From positions 76,694,001 through 76,758,000 of the forward strand of contig OX597818.1 in the NCBI GenBank assembly GCA_951406725.2: a DNA stretch of 64,000 nt. Reading direction: 5' to 3'. Positions 54,803-64,000 of this stretch are shown here, piece after piece. Origin of the DNA: Octopus vulgaris (lineage: Eukaryota). Position numbers and translations under genes: made by a program. The notes under the pieces are model-generated. The model did no database searches and had not been told where the DNA came from. It saw nothing but the letters and a program-made list of their open reading frames with translations. How positions within the stretch are numbered: position 1 is the first letter of the stretch; every line of letters begins with the position of its first letter.

Positions 54803-54919
54803 CATACATACAAAAAAGAAGTTTGAAAACACCACTATATAAGATAAATTTTAATTTTCTTAGAAATTTTAAATGTTTCGGTTCTTCTTGAAAAAGGAAC
54901 CTTATCAAAAATATTTTAA

Positions 54920-55077
54920 AAAGTTAAGTGTAAAAAAGTTCATAATTGTTTCTTACTGGTCTCAACAGAATCCATGAGATGGTGTTTTGTCGGTAGTAAG
55001 CATAATAGCTGTAAGTTTAAAGTTGAGTGTAATAAAAAAAGTTCATAATTGTTTCTTACTGGTCTCAACAGAATCCA
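54920..55077. repeat. Local direct duplication (~55-bp block, ~100-bp period)
   Basis: aaaaaagttcataattgtttcttactggtctcaacagaatcca occurs twice. It is followed by a twice-repeated gactgttg.tcgtagtagta...ccatggtggt block at ~55140-55290. Confidence 0.75.
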
Positions 55078-55465
55078 CGTGGTTGCTTTTAGCTCTCTTA
55101 TGTGTCCGAATGACCAGCTGCAGAATTGGCAGTAGCAGCAGTGACTGTTGGTCGTAGTAGTAGTAGTAACCATGGTGGTGGTTGGGGTTGCAGCAGCTCA
55201 TTGGTTGTAGTAGCTTAGCTGTAGCAGTAGCAGCAGCAGTAGTGGGGGACTGTTGATCGTAGTAGTAATAGTAGTGACCATGGTGGTTGTAGTAGTAGTG
55301 ATAGTAGCAGCAGTCGTAGTAATCGTGGTGGTAGTGGTAGATTTTCATTTTTCTTTTTGGAAGACCAATGTATTGTTTTAATATTACTGGCCCAGGGTGT
55401 TCAAACTTGGTCCGAATTTTCTAATGAAATAAAGTTCTTTATTTTGGCGTTGAGTGAAGGTTACG

Positions 55466-55508
<43 letters not shown>

Positions 55509-55626
55509 CATTATTATTACTATTGCTGATATTATATACTCCAGGAAATCTATATGGTTAAGGTAATATGTTCTGAATTATCCAACAGAATGTATTTCTA
55601 AATTCTTATCTTATGAGAATATTATT

Positions 55627-55683
<57 letters not shown>

Positions 55684-58265
55684 CATACATACACATATAT
55701 CTTTTATCTTTATCAGTTATTAGACTACGGTCACACTGGGACATTGCCTTGAGAAATTTTAGTCAAATTAATCGACCTCACTACTTATTTTCTTTTTAAG
55801 TCTAGTACTTATTCTGTTGGTCTCTTTTGCTGAACCACTAAGTTATGGGGATGTAAACACACCATCAAGTAGTGGTGGGGGCAAACAGAGACACACGCAC
55901 CCACACACACATGATGGGCTTCTTTCAGTTTCCGTCTACCAAATCTGCTCACAGGCTTCTGTCAGCTCAAGGCTATACTAGAAGACACTTGATCAAGGTG
56001 CCATGCTGTGGGACTGAACCCAGAACCTTGTGGTTGGGAAGCAAGCTTCTTACCACAAGCATGCCTACTTCTATAGTAGTTTTGTTTATCCAACATCTTC
56101 CTGTCTGTCCATTCCCAAGTACAGACTCAGCTCCTGTGGATTTAGCTACAGGTCAGCCTGCATCCATTGGACTGATAAGCCACTCGTTATTACCCCATCT
56201 TTTATTCAATCATGATAAATTTTGGAGTACATCCCTTCCAGAGTTAGATTTGGCTGTTATTACTAATTGGTCAAATGATCACTTAAAAGCTCAGTAGTTG
56301 GTAAAATATCGACCCCCCCCCCAACCCCATCACTTGATCTGGTGTTCTATCACCACATTTGTACCAATGCTGCGGGAAGTAATATTGTTATTCCTCTGTT
56401 TTTCTCACCTTTATTTTCAAGTGAAGTTAATTAACTGCAGTTTCAAACTATACATATTCAGACTGTCTGAAATATTGATTTTTAAAGATATTTATAATTA
56501 ATAATTGATCTATATCACTTGTAAGTATTTCACTCAAAACTTCATCTTTCACTCACAGGTCTTCATTTAAACCTGTAGACCTTGCTACGAACCCAATCAC
56601 CTGAACAATTCAGTAGAGACTTGTTTGATTTCATTGACACCAACAAGCAATATTACAACTACCATTGTACCATCTCCATCACTGCAATTATCATAACATG
56701 AGGTTTAATTCAATATGTATATTGAATTATATGTGCTTCTATTTGTGAATTCCTCCCTTTCGTATAACGATTATTGCTAAATTCTATTATTTAACTAATT
56801 ATTTTAAACTTGACTAAAATAACATCTGAAAACCCATCAAGTAGTATCACAAATGAGATGGCAGTAATAAACACAAATATATTGTTGATAGAAAAGTTGA
56901 ACATTCTATGAGAATGTGTTTTCAGAAACAACAATATTTTCATAAATGTAAAGAAATTCTTCAGACTTGTAACTATGTCAAAGTTTCCCCACTTCTCTCA
57001 TTCCAGGCATGGCATAACTGGTGCCAGACTGGAGAAGTTGTCAGGAAACAAGACTAACTTGTTAATATAATTTCGTATTCTCTATACTCAAGGCCTAATG
57101 AGTCAGGTATCTGCTATGTAGATCTTTCTTGTTGGTGTAATTGAAATTAAAGTGTCACTGTAGAGAATTCTTAATATAATAAATAGCAACTTGCTGCTGG
57201 AAGCTGGATCTACCCCCCCCCCCTTAACACACACATACTACTATTACCATCACTGAGGGAGTAAGATAAGGATGGTTAGGTGGGGGAAGTAATTTGTTGG
57301 TTTATAGGTTATATTTTATAGAAGTAATTGTTTAATTTTTCTTCCATGAGACAATCATCACCATCATCATCATCATAGTTTTAATATTCACTTTTCCATT
57401 CTTGTATGGGTTGGGTAGAGTTTATTGGTGATGTTTTTTTTTTATTGCCAGATGTCCTTCTGGTTGACAACCCTCACCTGTTTCCAAGTATGGAAATATT
57501 TCCTTGTGGCCAAGGAAAGGCCATGTTCTCACCAAATATTGGAAATGAATGACTTTGCTTGTAAGACTTGTGACGACCATTTAACATCTATCATATGATG
57601 TCAAGACAAGGAGACACACACACTCACTCACATACAACAGGATTCCTTCAGTTTCCATCTACCAAATTCCCTCACAAGCTTTAGTTACTGCCATTTCATT
57701 TGTGATGCCTCTTGATGGGTTTCCAGATGTTACGTCAAGTTTAAAATTACACTATGTAGCATATTTTGTGTGCATGTGTGTCTTTGGTCAGTCAATGTTG
57801 TTTTCTATTTATTTCAACCTAGATATCAAAGGAAATGACTAATATTCCCTTCAAACTTTTCTTTTGTGACTTGGACGTGAATGTTTTGAAACTGACCTAT
57901 TTCCCATTACATTTTAGACAGATTCAGTGTGGAGTTGCACAGACAGAAATATTGTTATAACAAATATTCTGCTCAATACCACAGATTTGCTTGTCAGTTG
58001 TTTGACCTTAAAACATTCTGTCCCTTAGTTGCTGACGTATGTACATCTCTGAAGCTATGTTGTCGAAAAAGTTAACTAAGTGTAACCCTTTTGATACAAA
58101 CCTGCTTGCTAAAACAGACCTTTCTGGTTCTATGATACAAACAGCTCTTATTTTGAAATATTTAAATTTTTAAATAAACAAAAGAATAAATTGAAATAAT
58201 TAAAATATATACACATATAAAAATATACATATACATATATATATATATATACATATATATAGATA

Positions 58266-58302
<37 letters not shown>

Positions 58303-58439
58303 ATTTTTATAATATTAATAATATAAAATATTATAAAATATTATAATAATCCAGGTTTCTCGGAGCACTAGGCCACTTGGTGTTGAATAGATATACTATT
58401 AAATTAGTATCTAATTCTCTCACCCTTATTAATTAATTA

Positions 58440-58471
<32 letters not shown>

Positions 58472-58486
58472 CATATATATATATAC

Positions 58487-58517
<31 letters not shown>

Positions 58518-58836
58518 CATATATATATATACATATAATGATAAGAGTAAATAATTTCTATAAAGGCTTTTAAAAAAACCCCAATTATTTACTCGTAGAA
58601 TTCGGTATGTAAATGTAGCCGATTACCGGCAGGAACTTCTGTAAAGTTCAGTATATATATTGTATATAAGAAAAAGGGACAGGCAAAACAGGTTGCTTGA
58701 CCGCATACCGAAAAAATAGAAATAGCAGTCAAGAATGCTTATTTCTATCAAAGTTGGACTCCGGGCATGACAGACCCTGTAATTCACATACGCAAAACAG
58801 AAGGAATAGATAACGAATACGAAGTCTGGCGGTTAT

Positions 58837-58947
58837 CCGTGAACATCATGTTTCTGGATTATAAACATATTGAATATATATTCCATATATTTTTGATATA
58901 TATTTCATATATATTGCATATATATTTCACATCCTTCTTCATCACAG
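58837..58947 (-). ncRNA. Type I hammerhead ribozyme motif, copy 1 (core C3 changed to A)
   Basis: Minus strand reads CUGUG-AUGAAGA-A-GGAU...AUCC-A-GAAACAUGAUGUU-CACGG. Stem I is 5 bp with one G-U pair. Confidence 0.5.
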
Positions 58948-59478
58948 CTTTCCATTGAAAAAGATTTATCATAGATTTATCAAATGCTACGTACATCAAA
59001 CCTTCTGACCATGCAACATCAAAATATTTGAAGAAAGTGAGCAAAGGCTAAACCTACATAGACGTTTGAATTCATAAATCCTCCCTCCAAAATCTTGCCA
59101 TGCGCATTACAAAAATAGTTCCGTAAGATGGGGAACAATTAGGTTGTCAAAGGGAGTGAAAAATCCAAATAGTAATATAATGATAAGAGTAAATAATTTC
59201 TATAAAGGCTTTTAAAAAAACCCCAATTATTTACTGGTAGAATTCGGTATGTAAATGTAGCCGATTACCGGCAGGAACTTCTGTAAAGTTCAGTATATAT
59301 ATTGTATATAAGAAAAAGGGACAGGCAAAACAGGTTGCTTGACCGCATACCGAAAAAATAGAAATAGCAGTCAAGAATGCTTATTTCTATCAAAGTTGGA
59401 CTCCGGGCATGACAGACCCTGTAATTCACATACGCAAAACAGAAGGAATAGATAACGAATACGAAGTCTGGCGGTTAT

Positions 59479-59589
59479 CTGTGAACATCATGTTTCTGGA
59501 TTATAAACATATTGAATATATATTCCATATATTTTTGATATATATTTCATATATATTGCATATATATTTCACATCCTTCTTCAGCACTG
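59479..59589 (-). ncRNA. Type I hammerhead ribozyme motif, copy 2 (intact CUGAAGA core)
   Basis: Minus strand reads CAGUG-CUGAAGA-A-GGAU-[~70 nt AU-rich]-AUCC-A-GAAACAU-G-AUGUU-CACAG. Extra A residues flank stem II. Confidence 0.6.
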
Positions 59590-59797
59590 CTTTCCATGTA
59601 TGTGAATTACAGGGTCTGTCATGCCCGGAGTCCAACTTTGATAGAAATAAGCATTCTTGACTTATATATATACATATATATATATATACATATATATATA
59701 TACACATATACATATATATATACATATACATATATATATATACATACATATATATATATATACATACATATATATATACATATATATATATATACAC

Positions 59798-59842
<45 letters not shown>

Positions 59843-61028
59843 ATGCTTGTGTAGACCTGTCAAGCCAAGTGAGACCATAGTAACAGCCGATGTCAGTGTC
59901 AGATCAATGGCGTCTGTGCCAGTGGCATGTAAAAAAAACATCCACTGCACTCTCGGAGTGGTTGGTGTTAGAAAGGACAACTAGCTGTAGAAACCTTGCT
60001 AAATTAGATCAGAACGTGGTGCAGCTCCCCAGTTTACAAATTTTCCGTCAAACCATCCCCAAGTATAACAAGATACGAACATAGATATAGATGTATAGAG
60101 AGATAGTTAAGTAGATGTCTGGCTTCACTCAACATGAAGCTCGCTCTGTATGTATTGTTTACTCTCTCTACTTATTCAGTTAGTATTGGACTCTAGTCAA
60201 ACCTTAAACTCAACCTGTGTACAGCACTAACCTCAACATTTCTGTGACTTATATTTGGTTTTTAAAATTATGTCATTAGAGTTAGTAATAAGTTCATTGC
60301 CTGATCAAACTACTTTAATGTAAAAGGTCTTAAGTTAGTGTTAGCAATACTAGGAAAATTAAATGATTAAAAGAAATAATTATGTAGCAAGAGATACATA
60401 TCAAAAGACAGATAGGTAGGTAATTAAGTTAATGTTACATATTTAATGCAGTGAACATTTAAAAAGTTAAATAGAAATAATTACATGACTAAATAGACAA
60501 GTAGATGGATGGATGGATAGATAGATGTTAAATATTTTCGTGCATCCACTCACGAAAGCTTTAGGGTATAGCATCTGACTTGCTAGATGTTCACAACATT
60601 ATCCATCATATTTCCAACAACTTTGGCCTCTTTTTTTTAATTCAATATCTGCGCCACTCATGGATATGTTTATAAAAATCAAAAAAATAATGCAGCACCC
60701 ATGGCTTTCAGGAACATTTTCTCATACTCAGAGTAAATGAAGCATAGAATAAATTACACACATTGGTTGCTGTCTGTCAGGACACTGGATCCTTCAAACA
60801 TTCCATGCTTCCCAAAATTCACCAACTCTACTCCCGATGTGCCCCTGCAACTACCCTATTCTTTGTTATGACTGTTTTACTATTTACTTTCCTGTCTTTC
60901 TATTCTGTGTACTGTGCATGTATTTGTGGCTTTCATCACTTTCTTTACTTATTACTGCTTTCTGTTTCCTTTTTTACTTTTTCCAACAAACTGTAGTGTA
61001 CCTGAACATTACATACACAATACTCATT

Positions 61029-61440
61029 CATCATCATCATCATCATCATCACCATTTAGCATCTGTTTTCCATGCTGGTAGGGGATTATGGTTTGATAGG
61101 GGCTGGCTAGACTCCAATTATTTGTTTTGACATGGTTTCTCTGGCTGGATGACTTCCTAATGCCAACTGCTTTACAGAGTGTGCTGGGTACTTTTTACAT
61201 GCCATCAGCACATGTGCATTTATATGGCATCACTATCTATAAAGGACAAACCTGTATCTATGGATGACCACAATTTTACTTAGCTTGGCATGTCTTCTCA
61301 TGTGCAGCATATTTCCACAACACCTAGTCCCTTGACATTTCTCCAATGAGGCCCAGCATCTAAATATCCTTTCTCTCCACTTTGTCCCACATCTTCCTGG
61401 GTCTACCTCTTCCACAGGTTCCTTCCACGATTAGAGATTA
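61029..61440 (-). mobile_element. 5'-truncated RTE LINE 3' end with (GAT)n tail
   Basis: Minus strand encodes SLIVEGTCGRGRPRKMWDKVERKDI*MLGL...LWKYAAHEKTCQAK*, then a 3' UTR ending cagcatggaaaacagatgctaaatggtgatgatgatg. Confidence 0.8.
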
Positions 61441-61739
61441 TTGTTGATTCTTGAAAAGCTAACAGAAGTAGTTGTGTGGTGAATAAAATTTGGTGTTAGT
61501 CAAATATTAACATTTATTTTCATTTTTACAGTAAAGATGGGGTATAGTTCCAAACATTTGGTGTTATTATGACCTCATCAGAGAAGCTTGTTTGACAAAG
61601 TAGTGATAAAAGTATCATTAAGCCATTCATAATCAAAGTAGAAGGAATAGTGTTGAAAGCAGTAATGGTGATAATATTTGGTGGTACTATTGCTGCTGCT
61701 GAGGATATGAGTGTAATCCTTGATTGACAATATTATTAA

Positions 61740-61956
61740 CCTTTTAGCATTTAAACAGGCTATATCCTGCCAAAATATTGTGCCTGTTTTATGTTAAAAC
61801 TGGCCGTATTCAGCCTCACACACCTACCCTACAATATCATCCTAAAAATAAACAATCACATCACTGGAATCTGAAAGCCACAAAATAATGCATGCTTAAT
61901 TCAAAACAATGTGAATAAATGTTAAATTTGACAAAGTAATCTGAATGCTGAAAGGG
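61740..61956. mobile_element. piggyBac-type MITE family A, reverse orientation
   Basis: TTAA|CCTTTTAGCAT...ATGCTGAAAGGG|TTAA; body is the reverse complement of the 10137-10579 copies. Confidence 0.82.
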
Positions 61957-62544
61957 TTAATGTGTACCAATGATAGGGAAAAGAGAAGTTTGAGAATGAA
62001 AGAGCTGGAGTATTGATGGTGGTGTTAATGAAGGAAAATTTACATATGCTGATGATGATGATGACAATTGTGGACCTGGCAGCGTCATTGTTATACCAGC
62101 AGTGGTGGTTAATCACATACAATACTATTAGCAGCTATATGTCCTTAGTTACCCTATTTCTAAATGCCTGATGAATTTGTTTCCCATGTTTCACACTTAA
62201 CCCTGCTCCCCTTTTATGTCCTATACCTATCCATCTACTAACCCGGCTACCTACCCCTAATGGTGCTGTGTCCCCTACCTTTTCCCACCCACCTACCTAC
62301 TTCTGCTCCTTACAACATTAGAATTAAACTCTTTCTTCATCTTGATATTCCAAAAGTCATGTTATGTTAAATTATTACATGAATTTGTGTTGAATATCCT
62401 TATTTTCCACTTGGAAATCTATGTTCATGCCATCATCATTTCCAAGTAAATGTATATGAATATATGCCCAGAGACCTACCTCAGAAATCTGCTTCTATCC
62501 TACAGCTTACTTGAGTTCACATGACATTCTTTAAGAAATCATTG

Positions 62545-62633
<89 letters not shown>

Positions 62634-64000
62634 TCACACTTGGGTTCAGATTCAGTCCCACTCATGCAGCACCTTGGGCAAGTGTCTTTTACTATAACCC
62701 CAGGCTGGCCAATGCTTTGTTGGTAATTGCGGTTGCCAGAGACTAAAAGAAGCCCATTGTGTGTGTGTGTGTGTTTTTTGGGTTTTTGTTTTAGCTTGCA
62801 TTCACACCCAGTGGAAGTTCTGAGCTACAATTGAATACCATTTTGATAATTCTATGTATGTTGTGAGCATAACAGCCTAATGTTCCTTTTTATTCTTTAC
62901 TCCTGGTGTTTTAATAGCTACAGATCCATAATGCTCTGACATACACCTCAATAAATATTAATTACTGTGCACATTAGCATCTATTTAACAAGTCATTATA
63001 ATGATGATATTTCAAATATTTGTCTAATCCTTAAAGGGAAGGAGAAGCAGAGAGATGGAGGGGGGAGAAAGAGAGATAACAGGAAATCTAGATATATTGA
63101 AGCTTTAAAAACATCATGTAACAGATTGTTTTAAATTGCTCAGTCCCTCTCCCTCTGCTTCTTTCTCATTCTCTCTCATACAGTTTGGACCCATGGAATC
63201 AACTTTAGACTACACAATCCTAGTGTGATGAAACCCCATACTTCAAGACTCCCATGTAGAATGTATCCTGTTTGAGGATGAGGAAACTGAGACTTTACAA
63301 ATGGTTATGGTAGTTCCTGCATTAGTATTTGTCTCAAATATCACCATCTCATCTTTAGCAAATCCATTTACTATACCCCTGGTCAAATTTGAAATAGACA
63401 CAAATTGTGTAGAAGCCTGTTAGATTAACTGTTGCTGTAATTTAAATGTCCAGTCTTGTCACACTTGCCTGTGTTGTGGTGGTTCTACTTGAGAATTACA
63501 TTATGGATATATGTATCTGTGAAATAGTCAGTTACTTTTCTCACTAATTCACTGACTAGGTATATATTTCATTGACCAACTGGACACTCATACATTGAAA
63601 TCAACAGGGGAGACTGTCGTGTGTGTGTTTGTGCATGGATGCAGGCATGTGTGTGTATATGTATATATGCTCATGTATATGTATGCATATGTATGTGTAC
63701 ATATAAATATTTATGTATGTGCATATATGTGTGTGTATATACATGTATATATGATTATATATGTGTGCGTTTGCATATATATGTATACATACATATTGTG
63801 TCTTCGACTGCCAGATTAATTACCTTCTGAAGATTGGGCTAGGTGATATTGCACATGCTTTTGGTTTCGGATTCAGTGTGTGTCATCGTGATTGAGAAGC
63901 AAACATGCTTGCATCTATATGGACCTACAGGGTGACCCATTGATATTTCTTAATTATTCAACTTAAGGTAGGATTATGAAATGTTCTAATGTAAATTGTC

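Larger units (their letters stand above)
58533..59662 (-). mobile_element. Young Penelope-pLTR/retrozyme-like element: 642-bp unit + partial second unit + 65-bp terminal inversion, in (TA)n
   Basis: 58533-58955 is repeated at 59175-59597 with 4 differences by eye. 59598-59662 is the reverse complement of 59369-59433. TA/CATA microsatellite flanks both sides, and each unit carries a hammerhead motif on minus. Confidence 0.75.

Noticed and set aside
58767-58958. Duplicated 63-aa [13 protein letters not shown] as a small gene
   Set aside because: It is the antisense reading of the hammerhead-bearing repeat; the duplication is explained by the tandem unit and there is no recognisable domain.
59501-59980. 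Longest ORFs in the track (YI/HT/CV-rich peptides here and at 24284, 26053, 27215, 63595)
   Set aside because: Products of microsatellites and low-complexity repeats lacking stop codons; no protein-family signal.

Overview
AT-rich, CpG-depleted, microsatellite- and repeat-dense animal DNA. The SINE, RTE and microsatellite landscape looks like Octopus (recognised from memory, not searched). The window appears to be intronic. The only host coding sequence I can support is one 117-bp phase-0 exon (49761-49877, +) of a salt-inducible kinase, most like SIK3 exon 2, so the flanking introns are >49.7 kb upstream and >14.1 kb downstream if no exon was missed. The rest is transposon material: two near-full-length dead mariners from different subfamilies, a mariner MITE, TTAA piggyBac-type MITEs (tandem and nested), non-autonomous Helitron-like elements, RTE, R4/Dong and Gypsy fragments, and many tRNA-derived SINEs. 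The most interesting unexplained structure is a set of unrelated non-coding elements, mostly in (TA)n tracts, each carrying a type I hammerhead-ribozyme motif of the Penelope-pLTR/retrozyme kind: 27135-27172 (-), 41829-41936 (+), a tandem pair 642 bp apart at 58837-58947 and 59479-59589 (-), and decayed candidates at 28214 and 61547. Several long fold-back hairpins also lie in the intron. All alignments and folds were done by eye; boundaries of old repeats are approximate.
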